The notes under the pieces were generated by a model. It saw nothing but the letters and a program-made list of their open reading frames with translations, ran no database searches and was not told where the DNA came from. A DNA stretch of 64,000 nt from an uncultured Candidatus Rokubacteria bacterium (GTDB taxonomy: Bacteria > Methylomirabilota > Methylomirabilia > Rokubacteriales > CSP1-6). Made by a program: the position numbers and the translations under genes. Positions 1-9,543 of this stretch are shown here, in pieces. Positions within the stretch are counted from its first letter, which is position 1. Every line of letters begins with the position of its first letter. The stretch covers positions 64,001 to 128,000 of the forward strand of contig CAVXJS010000014.1 in assembly GCA_963762145.1 (NCBI GenBank). Reading direction: 5' to 3'.

Positions 1-609
1 CGGCAGGATGTGGGTCAGCGTCGTGCGCACGTGGCCCGCCCCCAGGGCGCGCGCGCTCTCCACGAAGGTGTGCTCCTTGACCAGCAGGGCCACTCCGCGA
101 ACCACGCGCGAGTTCTGGATGCCGAAGGCCACGCCGAGGACGATCGTGATGTTCCAGACGCTGGGGCCGAGCAGCGACATGATGGACAGCAGGAGCAGGA
201 GCGGCGGGAACGCCATCCAGGCGTCCACTCCGCGCTGCACGAGCAGATCGAAGCGACCGCCCAGGTAGCCCGAGACGACGCCGATCATCGTGGCGAGCAC
301 GCTCCCGATGGCGATGGCCCCGAAGCCCACGTAGAGCGAGATGCGCGCTCCGTAGATGAGCCGCGTCAGGAGGTCGCGGCCGAGCTCGTCGGTGCCGAGC
401 CAGTGCCCCGCGCTCATCGAGATGAAGCGCTCCCGGAGGCTCGTCTGCGCGTAGCCGTAGGGCGCGATCCAGTCGGCCAGCAGCGCCGCCGCCAGCATCG
501 CCAGCACGATGAGACCGCCGATCATCCCGAGCGGCTTGCCCACCATCCGCACCCACACGTCGACCCACCACGGCCGCGCGCGCGGGACGCGCCGGGCCGG
601 GAGGGCCAC
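1..609 (-). CDS. ABC transporter permease, DppC/OppC family (runs off window edge)
   Basis: Manual translation from GTG 609: hydrophobic N-term, then HWLGTDELGRDLLTRLIYGARIS, the DppC signature; follows the DppB-like gene. Confidence 0.9.
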   Translation of the reverse strand, partial: MALPARRVPRARPWWVDVWVRMVGKPLGMIGGLIVLAMLAAALLADWIAPYGYAQTSLRERFISMSAGHWLGTDELGRDLLTRLIYGARISLYVGFGAIAIGSVLATMIGVVSGYLGGRFDLLVQRGVDAWMAFPPLLLLLSIMSLLGPSVWNITIVLGVAFGIQNSRVVRGVALLVKEHTFVESARALGAGHVRTTLTHILP

Positions 610-619
610 CGCGCCGGCG

Positions 620-1564
620 CTAGTATCTAATCCGTGGATCGAGGAAGGCATAGGAGAGGTCGATCAGGAGGTTGAGGCCCACCACGAGCGCCGCGATGAT
701 CAGATTCACCGACTGGACCACCGGATAGTCCAGGCGGGTCAGGGCCTCGAAGAAGAAGAGCCCGACCCCGGGCAGCCGGAAGATGGACTCGATGATGACC
801 GAGCCGCCGATGTAGAGCGGCATCTGCAGCCCGATCAGGCTGATGACCGGGATCAGCGCGTTCTTGAGCGCGTGGCGCAGGATGATGGGCCGCTCCGCCA
901 GGCCCTTGGACCAGGCGGTGCGGATGTAGTCCTGGCGCAGCACGTCGAGCAGCGCCGAGCGCATGATGCGCATGACCGGGCCGGCCCGCGTCACCCCGAA
1001 CACGAAGGCGGGCACGAACATGATCTTGAGGTTCTCCAGCGGATCGGTGGTGAAGGGGACGTAGCTCCAGACCGGCGTCCACTTGAACCAGATGGAGGGC
1101 AGCACCACCACCAGCACCGCGAGCCCGAAGTACGGCACGGACAGGGCCAGGATGGCCAGGATCCGGCCCACGTAGTCGGAGATCGAATCCTGGCGCACCG
1201 CGGAGACGATGCCCACCAGGACCCCGAGCACGACCGAGACGACGATGGTGAGGAACGCCAGCTCGAGCGTCACCGGGAACCGGCGCATGAACTCGTCGAG
1301 GATGGGCTGGCGGGTCCAGTAGGAGCGGCCGAAGTCCCCCCGCGTGACGATGCCACCGATCCACTCGAGGTACTGGGTGTGCACCGGCCGATCGAGGCCC
1401 AGGTCGTGGCGCAGGGCGGCGAGGGTCGGCGCGTAGGCGTGACCCTCCACCATGCGGGTGGCCACGTCGCCCGGCATGAGGCGCATGAGGGCGAAGACCA
1501 GGACGCTCACCAGGAAGAGCGTCGGGATCGCCAGGGCCAGGCGGCGGAGCAGGTACCGCTTCAC
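620..1564 (-). CDS. ABC transporter permease, DppB/OppB family
   Basis: DYIRTAWSKGL..HALKNALIP EAA-type loop; IESIFRLPGVG; DYPVVQ. Confidence 0.95.
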   Translation of the reverse strand: MKRYLLRRLALAIPTLFLVSVLVFALMRLMPGDVATRMVEGHAYAPTLAALRHDLGLDRPVHTQYLEWIGGIVTRGDFGRSYWTRQPILDEFMRRFPVTLELAFLTIVVSVVLGVLVGIVSAVRQDSISDYVGRILAILALSVPYFGLAVLVVVLPSIWFKWTPVWSYVPFTTDPLENLKIMFVPAFVFGVTRAGPVMRIMRSALLDVLRQDYIRTAWSKGLAERPIILRHALKNALIPVISLIGLQMPLYIGGSVIIESIFRLPGVGLFFFEALTRLDYPVVQSVNLIIAALVVGLNLLIDLSYAFLDPRIRY

Positions 1565-1595
1565 GGCGTGGGCCGCGGCTCGGGCTAGGTCCCGC

Positions 1596-3206
1596 CTATT
1601 TGTCGAGCCACGTGTACACCAGGCGCATGCCGAGCCCGTAGCCGTCGTGGTGCCGGAAGCCCTTCACGTAGGGCGGGTGCGCCACGTACTGCGGCCACTG
1701 CGGCACGTAGACGTAGTACGCCTTGTCGGCCAGGTAGCGCTGGATGTCGTCCACGATCTGCTTGCGTTTCTTCGGATCCATCTCCCGGCGCTGGGCGACC
1801 AGCATCTTGGTCAGCTCCGCGTCGGCCACCCGGCTCTGATTCGTCGCCAGCTCGGGATAGAAGCGGCCGAAGAGGAAGTCGTCCACCTCGGTGAACGGGG
1901 TCGACGGGCCCATCGCCGCCTTGTCGTACTTGCCGAGCGCGGTGGTCGAGATGTACTTGCCGTACTCCTCCGGCTTCAGCTCGACCTTGATCCCGATCTT
2001 GCCCAGATCCTCCGCGGCCAGCTCGTAGTAGCTGCGCCAGGGCACCACATAGCCCGGCCAGTGATAGATCGGCATCGTGAAGCCGTTCGGAAAGCCGGCC
2101 TCGGCGAGCAGCTTCTTGGCCTCCGCCGGGTCGTGACCGATCACGTACTTGGCCTTCGCGGGCTCGATCTTGGCCGCGTCGAGCTTCCAGTCGGTCAGCG
2201 CGCAGGGCACCGGCCCCGCATCCACGCAGCCCTCGCCGAAGAGGAGCGCGTCGTTCCAGCCCTTGCGGTCGATCGCGAGCGAGACCGCGCGGCGCACCCG
2301 CACGTCGTTGAACGGCGGCTGGTCGGTGCGCATGTAGATGAAGCCCTGGCCGATGACGCGATACGGGGTCACGCTCATGTCCGGCGTGGTCTGCTTGAGC
2401 GACCGGGCCTCCTCCGGGCTGATCCAGCCCCAGACGTGGGGCAGCTCGGCCTTGCCCGCCCGCAGCACGGACAGGCGCGCGGCCGCGTCGGGCGTGATCT
2501 CGATGGTCGCTCCGTCGAGATAGGGGAAGCCCTTCATGAAGTAGTCGGGATTGCGCTCGAAGACCATCTTGACGCCCTTGTCGTACGACTTGAGCACGAA
2601 GGGGCCGGTGCCGATCACCGCGTCGGGATGGTTGAAGTCCTTGAACTTGTCCTCCGCCTCGCGAGCCAGGATGGCGCAGAAGCTCGGGCTCGCGAGGTGA
2701 TTGAGGAACGGCGCGTACGCTTCCTTCAGCGTGATGCGCACGGTGTGGCGATCCACCACGTCGATCGCCTGCACCGGCTCGAAGCGCTCGCGGAAGCCCG
2801 ACTTGGCCATGAAGCGCTCGAGCGAGTACTTGACGTCCTCGGCGGTGACCTCGCGTCCGTTCACCGGCGGCTTGTTGTGGAAGCGCACGCCCTTCCGGAG
2901 AGTGAACGTGTAGACCTTGCCGTCCTTGGAGATCACCCACTTCTCGGCCAGGTCGGGCAGGATCGAGAAGTCGGTGGGCGACTTCTGCTCCGGCCCGTTG
3001 GGAAACCGGACCAGCTGGCTGTAGGCCAGGCTGACGTAGGAGTGCGTGAGGAAGCTGATCGTGAGGTGCGGGTCCAGCCCGGGCGCCTCCCGCTCGGCGA
3101 TCCGGATCACCCCGCCCCGCTTGGGGGTCTGGGCCGGCGCCGGATCCGCGACGAGGAGCACGGCAAGGAAGGCCAGGAGGACAGAGAGAGCGCTGCGCTG
3201 CGCCAT
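1596..3206 (-). CDS. ABC transporter substrate-binding protein, family 5 (peptide/nickel)
   Basis: Signal peptide from MAQRSALS; [23 protein letters not shown]; IGTGPF. Confidence 0.93.
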   Translation of the reverse strand: MAQRSALSVLLAFLAVLLVADPAPAQTPKRGGVIRIAEREAPGLDPHLTISFLTHSYVSLAYSQLVRFPNGPEQKSPTDFSILPDLAEKWVISKDGKVYTFTLRKGVRFHNKPPVNGREVTAEDVKYSLERFMAKSGFRERFEPVQAIDVVDRHTVRITLKEAYAPFLNHLASPSFCAILAREAEDKFKDFNHPDAVIGTGPFVLKSYDKGVKMVFERNPDYFMKGFPYLDGATIEITPDAAARLSVLRAGKAELPHVWGWISPEEARSLKQTTPDMSVTPYRVIGQGFIYMRTDQPPFNDVRVRRAVSLAIDRKGWNDALLFGEGCVDAGPVPCALTDWKLDAAKIEPAKAKYVIGHDPAEAKKLLAEAGFPNGFTMPIYHWPGYVVPWRSYYELAAEDLGKIGIKVELKPEEYGKYISTTALGKYDKAAMGPSTPFTEVDDFLFGRFYPELATNQSRVADAELTKMLVAQRREMDPKKRKQIVDDIQRYLADKAYYVYVPQWPQYVAHPPYVKGFRHHDGYGLGMRLVYTWLDK

Positions 3207-3342
3207 GGGCCGATTCTCCTCTTCCCTGAAGGGGTCAGGTGTACGTCCGAAGAAGGAGCGAATGGGGCCGAAAGTTGGCCTATTTATCCCGAAGGCCGCG
3301 CGCTTGTCAATCCTCGCGTGTCGTGAGCAGTATGGGATCGTC

Positions 3343-3810
3343 ATGGACGCGACGATGTGGCGCCAGCTCGGCTTCGACGTTCCCGACACCCTGGAGTTCG
3401 CCCGCGTCACGATCAAGCTCGTCGTGGCCGCGGTGCTGGGCGGCGCCATGGGCTGGGAGCGGGAGCTCAAGGGCAAGGCGGCCGGGCTCCGCACCCACAT
3501 GCTGGTCGCGGTCGGGGCGGCGCTGTTCGTGATGGCGCCGCTCGAGGCGGGCGTGCCGCTGGGCGACCTCACCCGGGTGATCCAGGGCGTGGCCGCGGGC
3601 ATCGGCTTCGTCGGCGCGGGCGCCATCCTCAAGATGAGCGATCAGGGGCGCGTGGTGGGACTCACCACGGCCGCCGGCATCTGGATGACCGCGGCCATCG
3701 GGGTGGCGGTCGGGACCGGTCGGGTCTGGCTGCCCGTCCTCGGGGTGACGATCGCGGTGCTGATCATGGCCCTGCTCGGCTACTACCGGATCCCCGGCAG
3801 CCGGGATTAG
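3343..3810 (+). CDS. MgtC/SapB family membrane protein
   Basis: [16 protein letters not shown]; [10 protein letters not shown]; GLTTAAGIW. Confidence 0.93.
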   Translation: MDATMWRQLGFDVPDTLEFARVTIKLVVAAVLGGAMGWERELKGKAAGLRTHMLVAVGAALFVMAPLEAGVPLGDLTRVIQGVAAGIGFVGAGAILKMSDQGRVVGLTTAAGIWMTAAIGVAVGTGRVWLPVLGVTIAVLIMALLGYYRIPGSRD

Positions 3811-3826
3811 CTCCGCGCGCCGCGCG

Positions 3827-4717
3827 TCAGGCCGGCGGCCAGGCGATCTTCATCGTGTCGAGCCGACGCAGCCGGTCCTGGCCGAGCGTGCGGTCCCACG
3901 TCTCCGCGAGCTGCTCCGCGGTCCATCGCCCCGGCGTGCTCGCGGTGCGGATCGGCGCCGGGTGGGAGAACACGCTGACCTCGCTGCCGCGCACTCCGAT
4001 CACCTGGCCGGTGATGTGCGGGCCCGGTCGCTCGCGAGGAAGGTCGCGACCGGGGCGATGGCCTCGGGGGGCGTGGCGGTGGCGGCGCCGCGGCGCTCGC
4101 CGGGCAGCCGCTGGGTCATGCGCGTGTCCGCGGTGGGCGAGATCGCGTTGCAGCGCACGCCGTACTTCGCCATCGCGAGCGCGGTGGAGCGGGTGAGCCC
4201 CACGATGCCTTCCTTGGCCGCCGAGTAGTTGGGCTGGCCGGGACTGCCCTCGAGACCCGCGGTGGACGTGAAGGTGATGATGCTGCCGGTCTTGCGCTCG
4301 CGCATGTGGCGGGTGGCCGGCTGCATGACCGTGAAGTGGCCCTTCAGATGGACGGCGATCACCGCGTCCCACTCCTCCTCGGTCATGTTGAAGATCATGC
4401 GCTCGCGCAGGATGCCCGCGCAGCAGACCAGCACGTGGAGATCGCCGAATTCCTTGAGCGCGAGGTCCACGACCGCGCGGCCGCCCGCCATGGTGGCCAC
4501 GCTGTCGGCGGCGGGCGACCGCGCGGCCGCCCGCCTTGCGGATCTCGGCCACCACCGCGTTCGCGGGCTCGCTGGACGGATCCATCCCGTCCACGCTGAC
4601 CCCGTAGTCGTTCACGACCACCGCGGCGCCCGCCGCCGCCAGGCCGATCGAGACCGCGCGTCCGATGCCGGTGCCGCCGCCCGTCACCACCGCCACCTTG
4701 CCGTCGAGCAGTGCCAT
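3827..4717 (-). CDS. SDR family NAD(P)-dependent oxidoreductase, with two compensating frameshifts
   Basis: VTGGGTGIG in one frame, NYSAAK (YxxxK) in ORF 4000-4500, HITGQVI back in the first frame; extra base near 4514, missing base near 4022. Confidence 0.88.
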   Translation of the reverse strand: MALLDGKVAVVTGGGTGIGRAVSIGLAAAGAAVVVNDYGVSVDGMDPSSEPANAVVAEIRKAGGRAVARRRQRGHHGGRPRGRGPRAQGIRRSPRAGLLRGHPARAHDLQHDRGGVGRGDRRPSEGPLHGHAAGHPPHARAQDRQHHHLHVHRGSRGQSRPAQLLGGQGRHRGAHPLHRARDGEVRRALQRDLAHRGHAHDPAAARRAPRRRHRHAPRGHRPGRDLPRERPGPHITGQVIGVRGSEVSVFSHPAPIRTASTPGRWTAEQLAETWDRTLGQDRLRRLDTMKIAWPPA

Positions 4718-4850
4718 TGCGTGCCTCCTTGCGCTGCGGTTGCGTCTCTCCTCGTGCTGCCGTATCGTCGGCGCGTTCACGTCGACCGCCGCCGATCCTG
4801 CGCGACGCCGACCGGGCAGTCAAGGGCGCATCCAGCGAGGAGAGCGAGCC

Positions 4851-5525
4851 ATGGCCAAGACGCGCGGCACCGGGCTGCTGATGCTGTGGACGGACGTGGA
4901 CCCCAGCACGAGGCGGAGTTCAACCGCTGGTACGACGAGGAGCATCTCGACCGGCTGCTCAAGGTGCCCGGGCTTCCTCTCCGCCGCGCGGTACCAGGCC
5001 CTGCGGGGCGGGCCCAAGTACCTCGCGATGTACGAGCTCGAGGAGGCCGGCGTGCTTCGCACCGCCGCGTTCCTGGACGAGGTGCGCTTCCGACCCTCCG
5101 CCCGGCGCCAGCAGTCCTCCGGCGGGCACGTCGGGCGCAACTACCTGCTGAACGGCTACCGCCAGATCTTCCCGGCGCGCACCAACCCGGTGGAGCTGAC
5201 CATGGGGCCGTCGCCGTATCTGCAGATGGGCCGGATGGACATCCCGGCCCACATGGAGGAGGAGTGGAACGACTGGTACAACTGGGTCTACGTCCCGGAT
5301 TACCTCACGGTGCCCGGAGTGATCCGCGCCCGCCGCTTCATGGCGGTGGAGGGCCAGCCCAAGTACCTCACGGTCTACGAGTTCGAGCGGCCCGACGTGC
5401 CGGACGGCGAGGCGTGGAACCGCGTGCGCGACGCCAATCCGTGGACCCGGCGGGTCCGCCCCCACATACGGCTCGACGCGGGCTCGCCGGTCGTCTACAA
5501 GCGGATCAACCCGCGCCTGCCATGA
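4851..5525 (+). CDS. Tandem EthD/DUF4286-like (dimeric alpha-beta barrel) protein, with two compensating frameshifts
   Basis: Two copies of F/WNxWY..VPG..A.R..PKYL..YE; first copy HEAEFNRWYDEEH lies in the alternative frame between about 4903 and 4970. Confidence 0.75.
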   Translation: MAKTRGTGLLMLWTDVDPSTRRSSTAGTTRSISTGCSRCPGFLSAARYQALRGGPKYLAMYELEEAGVLRTAAFLDEVRFRPSARRQQSSGGHVGRNYLLNGYRQIFPARTNPVELTMGPSPYLQMGRMDIPAHMEEEWNDWYNWVYVPDYLTVPGVIRARRFMAVEGQPKYLTVYEFERPDVPDGEAWNRVRDANPWTRRVRPHIRLDAGSPVVYKRINPRLP

Positions 5526-5851
5526 TCAAGCGGATCACGCTGCTCACCCGCAAGGCGGGCATGACGCGCGAGCAGTTCACGCGCCACTGGCTCGAGGTGC
5601 ACGCTCCGCTCGCGCACGCGGTGCCCGGGCTCAAGCGCTACGTGCAGTCGCACATCGTGGAGGAGTTCAAGCGCGCCGACATCCCGACCACGTCGGTCGA
5701 GGTGGACGGCTTCGCGGAGCTCTGGTTCGAGGACCGCGCCGCGATGGATCGCGCGCTGGCCTCGCCCGAGATGGCGGCGCTCCACGCGGACGGCGCGCTC
5801 TTCATCGGTGGCAACAAGACCTTCGTGGTGGAGGAGAAGGTGATCATCTAG
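5522..5851 (+). CDS. EthD family protein
   Basis: MIKRITLLTRKAGMTREQFTRHWLEVHAPL..VPGLKRY..DGFAELWF; ATGA overlap with upstream gene. Confidence 0.88.
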   Translation: MIKRITLLTRKAGMTREQFTRHWLEVHAPLAHAVPGLKRYVQSHIVEEFKRADIPTTSVEVDGFAELWFEDRAAMDRALASPEMAALHADGALFIGGNKTFVVEEKVII

Positions 5852-6457
5852 GTGGACGGGGCCCAGATCCACCTCGGGATCAAGCTCGCCTACACGCTCT
5901 TTCTCCTGATCCTGGTGCCGGTCTACTGGGCGCACTACGGCCCGCGCAACTTCCTCTGGTTCTCCGATATCGCGCTGCTGGGCATGGGCGCGGCGCTCTG
6001 GCTCGAGAGCGGGCTGCTCGCGAGCATGATGATGCTGGCGGTCCTGCTCCCCGAGCTCGTGTGGAACCTCGACTTCTTCGGCCGCCTCCTCACCGGGCAC
6101 CGGATGTTCGGCATGAGCGCCTACATGTTCGAGGGCACCCGGCCGCGCTTCCTCCGCGCGCTCTCCCTGTTCCACGTGCCGCTGCCGCTCGGGCTCGTAT
6201 GGCTGGTCGTCCGGCTCGGCTACGACCGTCGCGCCTGGCTCTACCAGAGCCTGTTCGCTCTCGTGGTGCTCCCGGTGAGCTACTGGCTCACCGATCCGAC
6301 GGAGAACGTGAACTGGGTGCACGGGCTCGGGACGCCCCAGACCGCGCTGGGCCCCTGGGCATACCTCGCCCTGCTCATCATCGCGTTCTCCCTCGTGCTC
6401 TACCTGCCCCCGCACCTCGCCTTCGTCTACTTGCCCTTGAGCGCGATGTCCTCGTAG
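5852..6457 (+). CDS. Conserved integral membrane protein
   Basis: Several hydrophobic segments; NFLWFSDIAL, LSLFH and NVNW motifs; abuts EthD stop. Confidence 0.75.
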   Translation: MDGAQIHLGIKLAYTLFLLILVPVYWAHYGPRNFLWFSDIALLGMGAALWLESGLLASMMMLAVLLPELVWNLDFFGRLLTGHRMFGMSAYMFEGTRPRFLRALSLFHVPLPLGLVWLVVRLGYDRRAWLYQSLFALVVLPVSYWLTDPTENVNWVHGLGTPQTALGPWAYLALLIIAFSLVLYLPPHLAFVYLPLSAMSS

Positions 6458-7983
6458 GGCGCCGAGTAGGCGTGACCCGCGATCAGGCCGAGGCCCGATT
6501 CACGTACCCGGGGCCCGACGCCGTTGAGGAAGGCCAGCTCCCAGATCGGCGCGTACACCGTCTTGTCGTGGACGAGCTGCTGGATGCGCTGCAGCGTGGC
6601 CTCGCGCCGCTTCGGGTCGTTGTCGGCGGCCTGCTCCTGGAAGAGGCCGTCGAGATCCGGGTACCCGCCGTAGACGTAGGCGCCCCCGGTGGCCACGAAG
6701 GCCTCGAGGCGCGTGGCCGCGTTGCCGAAGGCGCCGCTCGAGCCCTGGATGAGGTTCTTGAACTTCTTCTCCGCGTAGCCGCTGAAGAAGGCGGCGCGCT
6801 CGAGCGGGCGTAGCTTGGTGCGGATGCCCACCTGCTGGAGCGAGTTGGCGACCGCCTCGGCCAGATTGGCATAGGAGCCGTCGCAGAAGTACTCGCCCGC
6901 GTCGAAGCCGGCGGGGAACCCCGCCTCGGCGAGGAGCTGCTTGGCCTTCGCGCGGTCGTATGCCGGGGCGGGTGGCTGCCAGAAGTACTCGAACGAGGTC
7001 GGGATGATGCTCCCGTTGAGGCGCGAGTGGCCGAGGGTCAACGCCTGGTTGATGGAAGGGCGGTCGATGGCGAGGCTCGCGGCCTGCCGCACCCGCCGGT
7101 CGTGCCACGGGGACTTCGGGTCCCACTGGTCGGCGAAGTAGAGCCAGAAGGGGGCCTGGATGACCGCGGGCTTGAGGGTCAGCCCGGGCGTCTTCTGCAG
7201 CTCCTCGGCCAGCTCGCCGCGGATCGAGTAGGCGATGTCCACCTCGCCCCGCTTGAGCGCGGCCAGGCGGGTGGACTCGTCGGGGATCACGCGCAGCACG
7301 AGGCGTTTCACGCTCGGGCTCTTGCGCCAGTACTGTTCGAAGGCCTCGAGCACCAGCTCCACGCCCGGGGTGAAGGAGACGAACTTGTAGGGGCCGGCGC
7401 CCACCGGAGCTTTCTTGAAGCCCTCGTCGCCGACCTTCTCCACGTACTTGCGCGGCACGATCCACCCCGCGCCGGTGGCGTTGGTGTAGAAGGTCAGGAA
7501 GTCGGGCCAGGGCTGCTTGAGCCGGATGCGCACGCGCCCGGGATCGGGCGTCTCCACCGCGGCGACGCGGTCCTTCAGCGCCTTGACCGCGGTGCCGCGG
7601 TAGCGCTCCAGCGAGAACTTCACGTCGTCCGACGTCACCGGGTCGCCGTTGTGGAAGAGCGCACCTTTCCGGAGGATGAACTCGTAGACGAGGCCGTCCT
7701 TGGAGACCGACCACGATTCGGCGAGCCCGGGCGCCCGCGGCTGGCCGGGCATGGGCTTCACCAGCGCGTCGTGCAGGGCGTAGAGGACCATGTAGGGCGT
7801 GATCATGCCCGGCGTCTCAGCCGGGTCGAACCACGTCGGCGCCAATGAGATGTGCACGGCCCAGGTGAGCTGGCCCTCGGCGGCGGCCGAGGCTTCCGGC
7901 GGGCCGCCCGCCGAGAAGAGCAGGACACCGAGCAGGAGCGTGACGACGATCGGGACGAGCGCGCGCGAGAGCGGCATGAGCAT
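6427..7983 (-). CDS. ABC transporter substrate-binding protein, family 5 (no adjacent permease)
   Basis: Signal peptide; LAESWSVSKDGLVYEFILRKG..FHNGDP; PVGAGPY. Confidence 0.93.
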   Translation of the reverse strand: MLMPLSRALVPIVVTLLLGVLLFSAGGPPEASAAAEGQLTWAVHISLAPTWFDPAETPGMITPYMVLYALHDALVKPMPGQPRAPGLAESWSVSKDGLVYEFILRKGALFHNGDPVTSDDVKFSLERYRGTAVKALKDRVAAVETPDPGRVRIRLKQPWPDFLTFYTNATGAGWIVPRKYVEKVGDEGFKKAPVGAGPYKFVSFTPGVELVLEAFEQYWRKSPSVKRLVLRVIPDESTRLAALKRGEVDIAYSIRGELAEELQKTPGLTLKPAVIQAPFWLYFADQWDPKSPWHDRRVRQAASLAIDRPSINQALTLGHSRLNGSIIPTSFEYFWQPPAPAYDRAKAKQLLAEAGFPAGFDAGEYFCDGSYANLAEAVANSLQQVGIRTKLRPLERAAFFSGYAEKKFKNLIQGSSGAFGNAATRLEAFVATGGAYVYGGYPDLDGLFQEQAADNDPKRREATLQRIQQLVHDKTVYAPIWELAFLNGVGPRVRESGLGLIAGHAYSAPYEDIALKGK

Positions 7984-8022
7984 GCCTCCTTCGAGAGCGG
8001 ACCGGTCGAAAAGGGTGGCCCG

Positions 8023-8050
8023 ATTATCCGCGGCCCGGCTTTTCTGTCAA
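8023..8050 (-). promoter_or_regulatory. Sigma70-type promoter for SBP gene
   Basis: TTGACA-16 nt-GATAAT on minus strand about 40 nt upstream of start; AGGAGG SD. Confidence 0.65.
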
Positions 8051-8409
8051 CCGGACGATCTTGCCGAAGCCGGGACGCTCCCGCGTGTCACGCGCGTGTC
8101 GCGCGGCGCGCACGGCGGAAGAAATCACGCACGCCCGGCCGAGATTCACGCAACAAGTGCAGCGAATGGGCGAGCGCGGCGGTCATTCGGGTACGCGGTG
8201 GAGACGGCGGTTCCCACTCTGGGAACCCACGACCACGAGACGTCGATGAGGCTCCCAATCGCGCGTCGGATCGAGTCGTACACCGGAAGTCGTAGGGGTC
8301 TCGGCACGAGGTCGGAGGGCGATGACCTTCGTCTAATTGACGGGAATCCGACCGCGCGTGAGCATGCCCTCTCCAAGCGACGCGACGAGACGGCCTCGGA
8401 GGACTGACG

Positions 8410-9543
8410 ATGCTCAAGGCGCGGTACGTGGTGGCGGGTGTGGCGGTGATCTGCCTGGCGGCGTGCGGAGGGGCGCGGTCGACCGGCGTTCCCATCGAGG
8501 GGGGACTCGTCCGGGAGACCAGCGGGACGCCGCCCCTTGCCGTCGACCGTCCGGCGAGATCGGCGGACGCGGCCCGCCCGGCCCCCGAGCCGGCCTCCGC
8601 GTCGAGCACGGCGGCGCTCAACATGCGCTTGATGGAGCAGGCCGCGCGGCAGAGCGAGGACACCGATCTGCCGGTGGGCGCCGGGGACCTGCTGGAGATC
8701 TCCGTCTTCGAGGTGGAGGAGCTCTCGAAGATCCGGCTGCGCGTTCCCTGGCGAGGCGTCATCTCGCTTCCGCTCATCGGCCAGATCCAGGCGGCCGGTC
8801 TGACGACCTCCCAGCTGGAGGACGAGATCCGGACCCGGCTCCAGCGGAAGTTCATGCACGATCCGCAGGTCTCGGTGTTCCTGCAGGAGCACAACAGTCA
8901 GCGCGTCTCGGTCATCGGGGCGGTGCGGAAGGGTGGCGTGTTCAACCTCACCCGGCCGATTCGCCTGGCCGACGCGCTGGCCCTTGCGGAGGGCCTGACC
9001 GAGGAGGCGGATCGGCACGTCTACGTGATCCGGCGTGCGCCGCTGGCCGCGGTCAAAGCGGCGGCGTCCGGCGGAGCCGCGCCGCCGCCCGGGGCGGCTC
9101 CGAAGGGTGGTGACGCGACGGCCGAGGTGATGGCGCCGATCGACCTCACCGAGCTTGCCGACGGACGCGAGGAGCTGAACGTCGCGCTCAGGTCCGGCGA
9201 CGTGGTGCACGTGCCGCGAGCCGGATCGGTGTACGTGGGCGGGTCCGTCGAGCGGCCCGGATCCTTCCTCCTGCGGGGGAAGACCACCGTCCAGCAGGCG
9301 ATCGTCGCCGCGGGTGGCGTCAAGGACGTGGCGGACTGGAGCGACGTACGCCTCTACCGGAAAGCCGCGTCGGGAGACGTCGACGTCACCACCTACGACA
9401 TCGAAGCATTCGAGCAGGGGAAGCCGGCGCCCGAGCTGCAGCGCAACGACGTGGTGGTCGTAGGGAAGCACGCCGGCAAGGCCTTCTTCTACGGATTCCT
9501 CGATTTCTTCAAAGGCGCCCTCGGCGTGGCGAAGGGAATATGA
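8410..9543 (+). CDS. wza: Polysaccharide export lipoprotein (Wza/OPX, SLBB domains)
   Basis: Lipobox LAAC; GAGDLLEISVF; G.ISLPLIGQIQAAGLT; two SLBB repeats. Confidence 0.9.
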   Translation: MLKARYVVAGVAVICLAACGGARSTGVPIEGGLVRETSGTPPLAVDRPARSADAARPAPEPASASSTAALNMRLMEQAARQSEDTDLPVGAGDLLEISVFEVEELSKIRLRVPWRGVISLPLIGQIQAAGLTTSQLEDEIRTRLQRKFMHDPQVSVFLQEHNSQRVSVIGAVRKGGVFNLTRPIRLADALALAEGLTEEADRHVYVIRRAPLAAVKAAASGGAAPPPGAAPKGGDATAEVMAPIDLTELADGREELNVALRSGDVVHVPRAGSVYVGGSVERPGSFLLRGKTTVQQAIVAAGGVKDVADWSDVRLYRKAASGDVDVTTYDIEAFEQGKPAPELQRNDVVVVGKHAGKAFFYGFLDFFKGALGVAKGI

